Shown: positions 8,826 through 19,100, counted from the stretch's first letter. The stretch is DNA of 64,000 bases from an uncultured Chloroflexia bacterium (GCA_963797095.1 CAWCNY010000004.1:320001-384000); one strand, 5' to 3'. The notes: generated by a model not told the origin, from the letters alone. Numbers and translations: made by a program.

Positions 8826-9533
8826 CTACTTCTTTGTTTCTGCTTTTCGCCTCCTGCCTGACTGCTGATCCTTGCTCCCCTTCTTCTCAAGCTTGACCAT
8901 GCGCAATATGTAGCTTGATTCAACCGGTTTATCGGCCTCGATTATTGAGCGCAGCGTTTCAATGTCCAATTCCTTAGGGTCGGGCACCGCCACAGTGATA
9001 GTAAAAGTGCGCGCGCGGTCCTCACCAATGGAAGTATTGAGGCCAAGCCGAGCATCCCCATCCAACCGAAAACCGTTTGTTCTGTCCTGGAGCAAGGTAA
9101 GCCCGCCCGCATAAATCCCGATGTGCCTCTTTATTCCTGCCGCGGTGCCCCTCATCCTGTAGAGCGCCGCGATTGCCGCCACCAGTGCGCGCCTCTTGGG
9201 CATCGGCCAGTCGTCCGCCTCGTCGTCCAGGTTCACCCAGAACTCCATCCAATCAAGCAGAGCCACAGGCGCGGTCATTGGATCGAAATAATAAGGCTGG
9301 TTATCCACCATCACCTGGATCGGCCCAAGCACATCCTCGAAGATCCTCAGAAACCGCCCTGCGAAGCTATCGGCAGAATAAATGGCCGGCAGATACTTCA
9401 GGTAGTTCGAAGCCTCCGGCTCAGTACCATCCGGGAAAGGGGGTGCCGCATGCCCGTTCAATGTGGGCCCCTGCGGTATCTGCGGCGCACCGGTCTCAAC
9501 CGTTCCTGTTAGCGATGTCAGCTTATCAGGCAT
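8826..9533 (-). CDS. Baseplate wedge / phage tail protein (P2 gpI-like, Afp12-type)
   Basis: YLKYLPAIY...FAGRFLRIFEDVL...YFDPMTAP...LYRMRGT motifs; directly downstream of the baseplate J-like gene. Confidence 0.85.
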   Translation of the reverse strand: MPDKLTSLTGTVETGAPQIPQGPTLNGHAAPPFPDGTEPEASNYLKYLPAIYSADSFAGRFLRIFEDVLGPIQVMVDNQPYYFDPMTAPVALLDWMEFWVNLDDEADDWPMPKRRALVAAIAALYRMRGTAAGIKRHIGIYAGGLTLLQDRTNGFRLDGDARLGLNTSIGEDRARTFTITVAVPDPKELDIETLRSIIEADKPVESSYILRMVKLEKKGSKDQQSGRRRKAETKK

Positions 9534-9580
9534 AAAACCTACTTCCTATCTCCCAAGTCAACCTCACCATGCCCCACTTT

Positions 9581-11542
9581 CTACTTCACGCTGACTCTAT
9601 GCGTGTGCGATGCCAGCAACCCATCCTTGGGACATGACAGAGTAGCTCCTACACCCGTCCGGTTGTCGTTGGACACATCGACCACGAACAGCCGCACGTT
9701 CTCCACAAACTCCACTCCCTCAATTCCCTGCACCAGCGCCGTAACCTCCGATTGGAACAGGCTCCGCTCCCAGGGCCAACCCGTCCCTTCTGTCCCTCCA
9801 TGTACGGGGTTGATCAACCTGTAGAGTCGCTTCTGTATCTCGGCCAACAGTGCTTCCTTGTTCGCTCGCCTGCGCGATTGCACCTCGACCTCCACACTAA
9901 CAAAGCGATATTCGGGCGCGTCAAGTTGCACCTGCGAAGTAAGCAGCCTCCTGTCATTCAGATACTGCATTACCTCGGCCCGTGCTCTATCATTCAATCG
10001 CAGTTCGCTGAGCGGCACGGGAGTGTCCTCATGATTGGTCTGGGGCACCAGCAGCACCTTAATCACGGCCCGCCCCGCTGCCAGCGCATCCGGTGTGGGC
10101 GGCACGCATCTCGCTCGCGCCACCTCCGGCGAAGCCTGCATAGCCAAATACTCGAAATCGTCCGTGGTAACAGCACGCGATCGAGCCCGCAGCATCGCCG
10201 GAGCCCTCAGCATTGCCATCTCAAGGGTCTCAGCATCTTCCCCACCAATAGCAGGCGAGAAGTTGGTTACCCGGTCAATATACGGAATAGACGACTTCAG
10301 CACCGTGATAGTGTTCTTGCCTATGTTCCCCCGCGTGCCCCCACCCGTTCTGTAGTGCGTGAATCTGATCAGCCTTCCCTGTGGCGGCACCGCCCCATAT
10401 TGCACCTCGCGCCCTCCCGCGTCGCGTATTGTTGGCCCAAATCGTAGCACCCCGGAATATTCGTCCAGTGTATAGTGCAGGTCTTCGTTCCCCGAGTCCC
10501 CAAAGTCTGAAACCTCCTCCCACTCCTCGAAGCTGCCGTCCTCCTGCTCCACCTCCACTACCTCTCCAGGTCTCCGCTCAAGCACAGGCGCGTAGCTCAA
10601 CTGCCACTCCTGACCCGCTTCGCCGTTTGATCTCCCCAAAACCTCGTTCTCGATCCTCTCCACCTGGCTGGCCGGGACGATCCCACCCAGCGACTCTGTC
10701 ACCACCCGGTGAACCCGAGGCGCATTGGAGTACGCCGGTTGCTTGGGGCGCGGCGATATGGCCCGGCACCTGATCCAGAACGCCACCCGCCCATCAAGAT
10801 CGCGAGGGCGTGCCCCAAAGGGCACATGCACGATAACGATCCCCTCCCGGTTCAGGCCGCCCGTCGTGTCCTCTTCCAGGTGCATCGGAAGCCACTCATT
10901 GGCCGGACCGTCCCAATATTCCCAAGCGAGTGGAGGATCTTTGGGGTCCACGCCATACCCCTTGATCGTAGCGTCAATATCCAGCCGCAGGATATGCCCC
11001 CTCAAATCCTCATAATATCCGAAATACATAGAGTCGTTGGGCTGTGGCGGGTCCTGGAAAATACCAACATCCAGGCTAGCATCCCGAAGCGCAGGCATAT
11101 AGTCATAGAATGCCTGTCCAACCCTGCTCACAAGCAACCCGTATTGTGTTGGCACATAAATTGTCAGGTCATAGTCCGTGGCAAACGTAATCGCATTCTG
11201 CTGCTCGGTCCGGACCGTAGCTACCTCTGTACCCAATGGAATCAGCACAGCGGCGGGTTGGGGTGCGGTCAAATAGAGCACTATATCAGTACGGGCCGGG
11301 CGCGGTGGCTCCAGCTTCAACCCAAGCATCTCAAGCCACTTGATATAGTTGCGCTCCGGTACCCGGTTGATCCTGAACAGCAGTATATCCACCATGTAGG
11401 CGAACAGCTCGATCAACGTCACGCCAGGGTCCGACACGTTGTGATCGGTCCACTCTGGGGTGTATCGCGGAATGAGCTTCTTCGCCTCGTTTACGAGGTC
11501 CTGGAAACTGCGGTCATCAAGTCTCGGTACTGGTAAAACCAT
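9581..11542 (-). CDS. Baseplate assembly protein (baseplate J-like, Afp11-type)
   Basis: LPVPRLDDRSFQDLV...PEWTDHNVSDPGVTLIELFA, YRTGGG..GN, GGEDAE and RAVTTDDFE motifs. Confidence 0.92.
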   Translation of the reverse strand: MVLPVPRLDDRSFQDLVNEAKKLIPRYTPEWTDHNVSDPGVTLIELFAYMVDILLFRINRVPERNYIKWLEMLGLKLEPPRPARTDIVLYLTAPQPAAVLIPLGTEVATVRTEQQNAITFATDYDLTIYVPTQYGLLVSRVGQAFYDYMPALRDASLDVGIFQDPPQPNDSMYFGYYEDLRGHILRLDIDATIKGYGVDPKDPPLAWEYWDGPANEWLPMHLEEDTTGGLNREGIVIVHVPFGARPRDLDGRVAFWIRCRAISPRPKQPAYSNAPRVHRVVTESLGGIVPASQVERIENEVLGRSNGEAGQEWQLSYAPVLERRPGEVVEVEQEDGSFEEWEEVSDFGDSGNEDLHYTLDEYSGVLRFGPTIRDAGGREVQYGAVPPQGRLIRFTHYRTGGGTRGNIGKNTITVLKSSIPYIDRVTNFSPAIGGEDAETLEMAMLRAPAMLRARSRAVTTDDFEYLAMQASPEVARARCVPPTPDALAAGRAVIKVLLVPQTNHEDTPVPLSELRLNDRARAEVMQYLNDRRLLTSQVQLDAPEYRFVSVEVEVQSRRRANKEALLAEIQKRLYRLINPVHGGTEGTGWPWERSLFQSEVTALVQGIEGVEFVENVRLFVVDVSNDNRTGVGATLSCPKDGLLASHTHRVSVK

Positions 11543-11596
11543 CTATTGCTCCCAAGGCAGAGTGCGGAACGCCTATCTTCTGCGAGTCCTGGCCGC

Positions 11597-12001
11597 CTAC
11601 TCAGGCCTGATTAGATAGAACGGGTACACCAGATTACGCTGGTCATTCGTAGTGCGCACCCGGTAGTGAATATTGATCAAGAGTTTGTTGCGCTCATCGA
11701 AATCTGTATCCACGTCCACGCGCAGTATCTCGACGCGAGGCTCCCACCAACCTATCGCCTCAGTGACGTACGTCTCCACCAATCCAGCCGTCGTGGCGTT
11801 ATTCGGTGCGAACACAAGATCATGGATTCCGCAACCGAACTCAGGCCTCATATGCCGCTCACCTTTGGCCGTACTCAGTATGATTCGGATCGCCTCGTCA
11901 ATATCAAACTCCTGCCGCGACAGGGCGATCCCCCCGCTGGGGCTTATCCTGAACGGGAAAGCCCAACCATTACCAAGAAAATCACCTTCGTCCATACTCA
12001 C
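11597..12001 (-). CDS. Baseplate gp25/GPW-like protein (Afp9-type)
   Basis: FLGNGWAFP...IILSTAKGERHMRPEFGCGI...WEPRV...NLVYPFY. Confidence 0.93.
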   Translation of the reverse strand: MSMDEGDFLGNGWAFPFRISPSGGIALSRQEFDIDEAIRIILSTAKGERHMRPEFGCGIHDLVFAPNNATTAGLVETYVTEAIGWWEPRVEILRVDVDTDFDERNKLLINIHYRVRTTNDQRNLVYPFYLIRPE

Positions 12002-12044
12002 TCCTATGGTAGTAGATAGCCGCTAGTCATAATCAAGCAGCCAC

Positions 12045-12165
12045 CACTCGTCACTCGTTACTCGTCACTCGTTACTCGTTACTCGTCACTCCTCCAACTA
12101 CCGACTACCGACTACCGACTACCGACTACCGACTACCGACTACCGACTACCGACTACCGACTACC
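12045..12165. repeat. Two abutting heptamer tandem repeats: (C/T)ACTCGT x~6 and CTACCGA x~10
   Basis: Directly visible between vgrG and gp25. Confidence 0.9.
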
Positions 12166-12166
12166 C

Positions 12167-13894
12167 TTAATTCATATTGATCCTGATCCCCTTGATATTC
12201 ACCTGTCCCGGTGTGCCTTCGATGTCTACTCCTTGCAACCCACTGATCTTCACCTTGCCCGTCTTCGACTTAATTTCGATATCCTGTTGCGCCTCGATCA
12301 GTATCTTGTTCTCCTTCGCGATAATCCTGATCAGGTTCTGTTCCGTCTTGTCTATCAGAATTATCCCTTCCGTAGGATCGGGGCTGTCATCAATCGTGAT
12401 CTCGTGTCCCAGCCTGCTCCTCATCACGCGCCTGATCGTTTGGCCCCCTGTCACCAACTTCCCAAGAGGTTTCGGCAATTTATCGTTACCGTTCCACACC
12501 GCCCCCAGCACATACCCGTAATTGGGGTCGCCATTCTGGAACGCCACCACCACTTCATCGTTCACTTCGGGCAAAAACGCGATGCCCCTTTGCGCCCCCG
12601 CCATCGTGCTCGCCAGCCTGCACCAATGGCTCTCGGTATCCAGCGCTGGTATCTTCACCTTCACTCTACCCAGGTTGTCGGGGTCCATATTGTTCGTAAC
12701 CAACCCCACCAACACCCCGTTTGCGGTCGGCTTGCCGCCTCGACCGTTGCTGCCGGGCGCTGCCGATGCGCCATTCTGGCTCCCCGACAGCAGGTCTGTG
12801 ATAGTCATCGTGCCGTTACCCCCACTCACCCAGAATTGCGTCGTATAAGCCTTGGATGTGTACCGGTGTTGCGCCCTCGTCACCAGGTATTTACCGCTGA
12901 ACCGCTCGCCCACCCCCTCAATCTTCACTGCGGTAGAGGCTTGTATCGCGGGGTTGCCCGAAGCCCGCCCCTCTGCCTGGACGAAATTGCTCGACATCCT
13001 ATCCAGGGCCGCCTGCGCGACCTTTTCGGCCTCCTTCGGCGAAAACACGGGGCGGTCTACGATCATATGCTTACCATGGATCGAGTGAGCCAGTACCGCC
13101 TCAGTTGCCCCCGTCCTTCCCTGGTCCCGGCGGTTCTGCAATGCCCCGGATGGGCGTGTCGCCCTCCCTACGATCTCTCGCTTTCCTTTCGGGTCCCACC
13201 CGCGCACCTCCACCTCCGTCACCTGCTCCATCGTCGTCAGGCGCGCCCTGAACTGCTGCAACGTCAACCCCCACTTTAGTACAGTCTCAACAGAAGGAGA
13301 CTCGGGCGGCTTCTCAAAATGCAGCGTCTTCCCTTCCACGTACAACCTGTACCCTATCCGCTGCGCCCGCTCCATCAGGAATTCCCAATCGGTCTGGTTC
13401 GCCTGCATCAGATACTCATACACCTCACTTGTGGCAGTAACTACTGCACGCAGGCTGGCTCCCTGCGCCAACCGCTGGGCGATATCCGAATCGGTCATGT
13501 TCAGATATGTCGTTGTTCGCCGCACTCTATGCAGACGGTGCGACAAATCATACCCGCGCGCCGTCAGCGTCGAACGCTCGGTACTGTTGATGTCCGGCTC
13601 GATAGAAGTGATCTCGCCCTTCATGAGCAGCACCCGGTCTGTGCTGCTCTCCAGTTGTATAGATAACTTCACTTTCCTCCCAGGCTTAAACACATCCGCC
13701 TTCAATGCGTCAAGATTCGGGTCCATGAGGTGTACCGCGAACATATCCGGCAGATAGAGCGAATCGTCCACCTCTACGCCCAACAGATTTGCCATATGCA
13801 CAGGGTCAAGGTGTTGATACCCGCCATCGGCGTCAATGTCGCCGTCGGTCAACTGGATGTAAATTTGCGATATGTGTTGTGTTGGCCCGCTCAT
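12167..13894 (-). CDS. vgrG: VgrG-like spike protein (Afp8-type)
   Basis: Q-x-N-Q-T-D-W-E-F-L hub motif, VEVRGWDPKGK, gp5 OB-fold GLVTNNMDPDNLGRVKVK...FLPEVNDEVVVAFQNGD and a short C-terminal beta-helix ending IRINMN. Confidence 0.92.
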   Translation of the reverse strand: MSGPTQHISQIYIQLTDGDIDADGGYQHLDPVHMANLLGVEVDDSLYLPDMFAVHLMDPNLDALKADVFKPGRKVKLSIQLESSTDRVLLMKGEITSIEPDINSTERSTLTARGYDLSHRLHRVRRTTTYLNMTDSDIAQRLAQGASLRAVVTATSEVYEYLMQANQTDWEFLMERAQRIGYRLYVEGKTLHFEKPPESPSVETVLKWGLTLQQFRARLTTMEQVTEVEVRGWDPKGKREIVGRATRPSGALQNRRDQGRTGATEAVLAHSIHGKHMIVDRPVFSPKEAEKVAQAALDRMSSNFVQAEGRASGNPAIQASTAVKIEGVGERFSGKYLVTRAQHRYTSKAYTTQFWVSGGNGTMTITDLLSGSQNGASAAPGSNGRGGKPTANGVLVGLVTNNMDPDNLGRVKVKIPALDTESHWCRLASTMAGAQRGIAFLPEVNDEVVVAFQNGDPNYGYVLGAVWNGNDKLPKPLGKLVTGGQTIRRVMRSRLGHEITIDDSPDPTEGIILIDKTEQNLIRIIAKENKILIEAQQDIEIKSKTGKVKISGLQGVDIEGTPGQVNIKGIRINMN

Positions 13895-13967
13895 CCTTCA
13901 CCCACAATGCCCAATAAACCACTCGCTACTCGTCACTCGCCACTCGTCACTCGTCGTCTTCCGTCTT

Positions 13968-14627
13968 TCAATCATTCAGCGGCGGTACAACCAGCCGCTG
14001 CCCCGGCCTCAAACGGCTGGGATCGTCCAGCTTGTTGGCGGCTGCCAGGTGCCGCCACGCGTTACTGATTCCATACTCCACGAAAGCGATCCAATCTATC
14101 GTTTCCCCCTCTTTCACCATATGCATTGAATACCCCTGCTTAGCGCCCGAGGTGGGGTTCTGCCCAGGCCACTGTTCCTCCTCCTCGGCCTGAAGCATCT
14201 GGAGTGTCACTATCGACCGCACGGGCTTACCTTCCGGCAAGAACAGTGTAAACTTCTCCGATATCGACGTGATAACCGCCTTGAAGCTCCAGAAGCGCCC
14301 CCACCTGAACTCAATGTGGGGTGGCTCGCTCCGCTTGGTGGCCCTATCTTGCCTGCTTGGCGTTACCTTCATCATCTTCCATAACTTGCCCGTAACGTCG
14401 CGCACGTCTGTGCCCTTCTCGTACGTGTCGAACATCAATTCCACCTGCAAGGTCTTTGGCTGCCCCCCGTTGAACTTGGGTGGCTGCATCGAAGCTCCGG
14501 CTGCCTTGCCCGGCGTCCACTGATTCTGCTTGGAAAAAGTGTACTCTTTGGGCCGAAAGATGCACTGAACTTCATCCCCATCGGTGAGATTCTTTATGGT
14601 AGCTCGTTCCAGACTGGCACCGGCCAT
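13968..14627 (-). CDS. CIS tube initiator with C-terminal LysM domain (Afp7-type)
   Basis: FRPKEYTFSKQNQW...FDTYE...PPHIEFRWG...FTLFLPEGKPVRS, QNPTS, then LysM VKEGETIDWIAF.EYG...WRHLAAANKLDDP. Confidence 0.9.
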   Translation of the reverse strand: MAGASLERATIKNLTDGDEVQCIFRPKEYTFSKQNQWTPGKAAGASMQPPKFNGGQPKTLQVELMFDTYEKGTDVRDVTGKLWKMMKVTPSRQDRATKRSEPPHIEFRWGRFWSFKAVITSISEKFTLFLPEGKPVRSIVTLQMLQAEEEEQWPGQNPTSGAKQGYSMHMVKEGETIDWIAFVEYGISNAWRHLAAANKLDDPSRLRPGQRLVVPPLND

Positions 14628-14640
14628 CTTGTTTCTCCTC

Positions 14641-17600
14641 TTATGTAAAGTTCCGCTCTCGCTCGATAGCGAGCCTCCGCTGGATCAGTGAATATATCGT
14701 ATCAGCAAGTTCTTCCATGTCCGGCCCAAACGATCTTTCCTCGTTGGGTGGGCGCTCCTCTCCGCTATCGGGTGCCGATCGCTCCTCGCCTGCAAGGGCC
14801 AACGCCACACTGCTCGCCGAAGATACCGCCGCACCTCCCACCGAGGCCGCAATTACATCAGCCCACATCCCCGCCTCCGCCGCGGCAGCAGGCGACTCTG
14901 CCGCCTCACCCCATGAATAATCCGTAAGCCACCCTACACTCTCCCCAGGCGAGTCAACTCGTGCTGGTGCTCTTTCCCACTCTATTTCTGTGCTTAAGGG
15001 ATATGTATAACCGGAGGTTGTGCTATATGCCTCGCCAGCTTCAACCATGCCATTATCAGGAATAGAATCCATTTCACCATCGTCCGGTGTCTCACTGCCA
15101 AAATAGCTCGCCCGCTCACCGGGCACCGCAAAACCTGCGTATGGCACGGCCAACGGCAGCATCGTAGACCCCTCCTGAGGACCGTACAAACGGTTGAGTG
15201 CCTCGATGTAATCCTCTACTTCACCGCCCTCTCCCACCGCCTCTTCCGGCGCAACACCTAGCTGTGTTAGCCGCAACATCTGAGCGGGTGCGCGCAACAC
15301 CCCTGCAAATGGCTCGCTGCTTCTCGCGCCAGGCGAACCCGCCTGGGTCGCCGACGGCCCGCGCCCAACATAGGCAGCCACGCGTGACCCGATGTCGCCC
15401 CTTCTCTGCGCCGCCGCGAATTGTCCGCGCCCGGAACCACTAGCCAGCGGACTTGCAAACTGCCCTGGAATCGCCTCACCCGATGTTATAGGCATGGTAC
15501 TCCTTGCCACCAGACCGGGACGTGATTCAACCCTCCATACTCCTCCCATCGGCGCAATCACTGAGGGTGGCAAATCGAGTTCCACTGAGCCGGAACTTAC
15601 CATATCGGAAGCAATATCTCCACCTAGACGCAGGGTCATCTCCAGACTGCGCGCCTGTCGCCCCGTCTCCCTCGATATACTTCGCCCACCCCTTAGATCA
15701 CCCAACCTTGCAAGGATGCGGGCCAACAGTCCTCCACCTACCACACTCGCCAGTGGACGTGCCTCCACCTCCGGCAGAGGACTGTGCGCCTCGGTCACCG
15801 CCTCCGCCATTTCCGGCATCGACTCCCAGACGGGCACCTCCTGCGTTTGCGCTTCATATGGCCCTACTATTGGCGACTGCGCTTCCCCAGGCCGAGCCTG
15901 CTCAAGTCTCGTGTGCTCTGCAACCGCGTCAACGGGGCTTGCTGCTTCTAAGCTTGTGTTTGCACTTTGAATCGAGTGCGGGATCGTCGGTACCTCAATG
16001 GGCCTTCCGGCCTCCGACGCCACCTGCTCCACACTCCCGACTTGTTCCATCGGGGTTTGCAGTTCTTCCAGGTTTTGCTCAACATGCACCTCTTTTGCGA
16101 TACTATGCTGCTCGGTAAGCACAACCCCGACAGATTCGACAGGCGCAGATGCAACTACACTCAACATAGGCGGCATAGGCACGGCAAATTCTGATGATTG
16201 CGATGGCACACCAACCACCGGAGCCACATCGCTCTCCGAGGGCGTTTCTACTTGTTCGACATCCTCCCGAACTGGCTGATTCCGCCGGACCCACGGCAAC
16301 GTCAGAGGGGCTGGTCCTCTCGCTTCAGTCCGGGTCGCCCCGCGCCCGCCAAACCTACTGAACAAAGAGCTGAGCAATCCTGCTGGCCCACGGCTAACAA
16401 TAACCGCCCTCTCTTCTCTGGGTGAAACAACGTCCGGCGATGAAACCTGTACTCGTGATTGTTGATCCGCAAGCACAGGCGGAACCGCTAGGCTGACCGC
16501 ACGGCCTTCCGGTGCAGTAGCTCTTTCTTCTAACGAATCCTGATCGGCAATCTCATCTTTGACCGCTATAGGAATCTCTCTAAAGACAATGTTACTCCCT
16601 GTCGCCACCACTTCGTGACTTGAAGTAGTGGGTGGGCTTACCTCAACTCTCACCGCTTCGGGCTGGATTGTTACAGCTTCTCCTTCTTCCACTCGCGTAA
16701 CCGCCACTCCCGCAGTCGACTCTAATCCACCGCTCGCCTGTTCCACGCGTGGTTCCTGCTGTGCCAGCCGCTTCACCGCCTCCGGCAACGGCAATATCTC
16801 CACGATCCGCTCGATAACCCGGCCCACGACCCCCCTCTGTTGGGCAGGTCGAGTAAGGTCAACGAAATCTTGGTTCGTTTCCTCAATTCGTGGGCGTACC
16901 TGAGGTTGGGCCAACGGCATCGCTAGGGCCTGTGGCGCGCTCTGCGAGGGCGTCACGGGCAAGGTCTGTACAGCGATGCTTTGAGGCGAAGCCTGCCCAA
17001 CCTGCTCCTGCTGCGGAGCGGATGATGGCGAAAGCTCCAGCTGGGCAGGCCGCACCATCCTCGATAGGAGATCGGTTGTTGGTGCTAGCGGCTGTTTGTT
17101 TCCAACTTGCAAATCACGATGAACGGCAGACTCCAACGTCCCGATCTCGAGCGCAGGGCGCTCTATGCCTGCCATAGGTGCTGCCCTTGTGATCGGCACA
17201 AGTGCGGGCAGTTCAGGCGGTCGAGGCACGCCCACCGGAGCGGGCACATACTCTATTCGAACGGTCACTGCGGGCGTAAAAGTGGGCGGCTTATCCGCGC
17301 CTTCCCAACCACCTTCCGCTTCCTTCCTGCCGCCCACTGCCCCCAAGGCCCCAGGTTCGGCCCACCGATCCACCTTTGGCATTTGTGGTTCCACACGCGC
17401 CTCAACCTGTCGCGTTACCGGCTGCGGCTCCCCCACAACACGTAGCGCCGAACTTGCTGAGGTTCGCGCACCCGTTCGCCTCGCGAATGGATCGGTCTCA
17501 GGCGCTTCCTGCACCACGGGCCGGGCACGCCACACGAACTGCGGGGGCGAAGCCGCACGCCGTATGCCTGCTGATCCATTTGGGGGCGTCGAACCAGCAT

Positions 17601-17871
17601 TCCCCAACATACGCGAGTTAGCCACTTCCCCACTTGCCGATGGTGGCGAATAGCCTAACCTGCGCGTGATCTCTCGCCATAGTGTGACAGGGTGCGGTGC
17701 GCGCACCCCCGGCCTGGCGAACGGCGACTGAAGCCTGCTCAATATCTGGTTCGCCAACCGCGTCGCTGCCCCGGCCGCGAGCAAAGGCATACCGCCGGAC
17801 CTTTGAATATTGGTCCCGCTTACGCCATCGTTCGCATCCTGCTTTCTTCTATTGTTACCCTTGTCGGCCAA
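14641..17871 (-). CDS. 1076-aa low-complexity (P/E/A/S/V-rich) CIS protein; tape-measure-like or lumen cargo candidate
   Basis: Long ORF with GAGGA SD, between tube 2 and the LysM gene. Mostly disorder-promoting residues, with C-terminal ELADTIYSLIQRRLAIERER. Confidence 0.65.
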   Translation of the reverse strand: MADKGNNRRKQDANDGVSGTNIQRSGGMPLLAAGAATRLANQILSRLQSPFARPGVRAPHPVTLWREITRRLGYSPPSASGEVANSRMLGNAGSTPPNGSAGIRRAASPPQFVWRARPVVQEAPETDPFARRTGARTSASSALRVVGEPQPVTRQVEARVEPQMPKVDRWAEPGALGAVGGRKEAEGGWEGADKPPTFTPAVTVRIEYVPAPVGVPRPPELPALVPITRAAPMAGIERPALEIGTLESAVHRDLQVGNKQPLAPTTDLLSRMVRPAQLELSPSSAPQQEQVGQASPQSIAVQTLPVTPSQSAPQALAMPLAQPQVRPRIEETNQDFVDLTRPAQQRGVVGRVIERIVEILPLPEAVKRLAQQEPRVEQASGGLESTAGVAVTRVEEGEAVTIQPEAVRVEVSPPTTSSHEVVATGSNIVFREIPIAVKDEIADQDSLEERATAPEGRAVSLAVPPVLADQQSRVQVSSPDVVSPREERAVIVSRGPAGLLSSLFSRFGGRGATRTEARGPAPLTLPWVRRNQPVREDVEQVETPSESDVAPVVGVPSQSSEFAVPMPPMLSVVASAPVESVGVVLTEQHSIAKEVHVEQNLEELQTPMEQVGSVEQVASEAGRPIEVPTIPHSIQSANTSLEAASPVDAVAEHTRLEQARPGEAQSPIVGPYEAQTQEVPVWESMPEMAEAVTEAHSPLPEVEARPLASVVGGGLLARILARLGDLRGGRSISRETGRQARSLEMTLRLGGDIASDMVSSGSVELDLPPSVIAPMGGVWRVESRPGLVARSTMPITSGEAIPGQFASPLASGSGRGQFAAAQRRGDIGSRVAAYVGRGPSATQAGSPGARSSEPFAGVLRAPAQMLRLTQLGVAPEEAVGEGGEVEDYIEALNRLYGPQEGSTMLPLAVPYAGFAVPGERASYFGSETPDDGEMDSIPDNGMVEAGEAYSTTSGYTYPLSTEIEWERAPARVDSPGESVGWLTDYSWGEAAESPAAAAEAGMWADVIAASVGGAAVSSASSVALALAGEERSAPDSGEERPPNEERSFGPDMEELADTIYSLIQRRLAIERERNFT

Positions 17872-17958
17872 TATTCCTCACTTATCTCTTATTTCACCTG
17901 TCTCTACCCAAACAGGAAGTCCCTCATGTTGCTTTCGATCCGGTCTTCGACCAACCAT

Positions 17959-18390
17959 CTATGTAATTTGCAAGCCCTCATGAGTCAATTGCAGCGACTG
18001 TATTGCACCCTGGCTCTGGTCCGACTTGAATTGCGGGCCTGTCCATTTTACAGGCAGAGCATGTATGAAGCTCCAGCGCATCTTCTCAACCCCGTGCTGA
18101 TCAACCATAATGATCGACACATTACGCCGCTCAAAATCCCCCTGCAATATCTTCTTGTACCAATCCCACAGCTCATTTGACGTAGTAATTCCGTTCTTCA
18201 GGGTGATATCTGACACCTTCACACGCCCAGGCAGCCTGTGAACATGATCGTTCACGCCCCCCTCCTCGTAATTTGTCACCTCCACCTCTATATCCAGCCC
18301 CGTAACCTCGGTGAACACGGCCTGCCCCACACCGTCCACATGGAAGTGGAAAGTCGTCATAGGATCTGTGCGATTACTGGTTCCAGACAT
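17959..18390 (-). CDS. Tail tube protein 2 (T4 gp19-like, Afp5-type)
   Basis: DPMTTFHF...FTEVTGL...YEEGGVNDHVHRLPGRVK..DITLKNG...ALPVKWTGP. Confidence 0.92.
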   Translation of the reverse strand: MSGTSNRTDPMTTFHFHVDGVGQAVFTEVTGLDIEVEVTNYEEGGVNDHVHRLPGRVKVSDITLKNGITTSNELWDWYKKILQGDFERRNVSIIMVDQHGVEKMRWSFIHALPVKWTGPQFKSDQSQGAIQSLQLTHEGLQIT

Positions 18391-18455
18391 CTAGTCCCTC
18401 TTTCAGTCAAACACTTTATGCCCTGTGCAACACGCAGTAGACTATGATCTACCCC

Positions 18456-19100
18456 TCACCACCCATAAGCAGCCCGCTCCCGATCAAGCACAAGATCGCG
18501 CACGATCAAACCATACACGGCATCCGCGATGTCCTCCGGGTCAGGTGGCTCTTTGCCTGCCTGGTTCTCCGCCGTTGCGCCAACCCGCTGCCGCACCATC
18601 GCTTGCTCTATCGCTTCAGCAGCCACCTCTGATCCGGAAAGACTTGCCGGCGCTGGAGCATTTGGCCCCGGAGTTCGTTGAACTGCCAATCCCCTCCCGC
18701 GCGATGCGCCCGAAATCCCACTGGCACCCATACTCCGCGACCGCGCTCCACTGCTTGCCCTCAACAAAGGCATATCAATTGTGGGTGCAACACCCGTCTG
18801 CTCGCCAACATGGTATAGCTCATGGGCCAACAGCGACATACTCCTGGCACTAGCGGGTCGCATCAACTCCGGCCTTACATAAACATCGCGCCCCACGGTA
18901 AACGCACGTGCTCCCAACCGGCGAGCAAGCTCCCCCGCCTGCGCCGTGTCATGCACGCGCACCTCGCCCAACCGCCCAACCAACCTACGCACCCAGGCGC
19001 TCCGGTCAAGCGCCAAATCAGCATGTCCGACCAAAAAATCCTCACCTGTATATCCCAGCTCATCCACAACATTTCCCTTCCCATTCTGCCTACTCGCCAC
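18456..19100 (-). CDS. DUF4157 (eCIS core, HExxH) domain protein
   Basis: VRVHD...ARRLGARAFTVGRDVY...LLAHELYHVGEQ; C-terminal EDIADAVYGLIVRDLVLDRER. Start position uncertain because heptamer repeats overlap it. Confidence 0.85.
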   Translation of the reverse strand: MASRQNGKGNVVDELGYTGEDFLVGHADLALDRSAWVRRLVGRLGEVRVHDTAQAGELARRLGARAFTVGRDVYVRPELMRPASARSMSLLAHELYHVGEQTGVAPTIDMPLLRASSGARSRSMGASGISGASRGRGLAVQRTPGPNAPAPASLSGSEVAAEAIEQAMVRQRVGATAENQAGKEPPDPEDIADAVYGLIVRDLVLDRERAAYGW

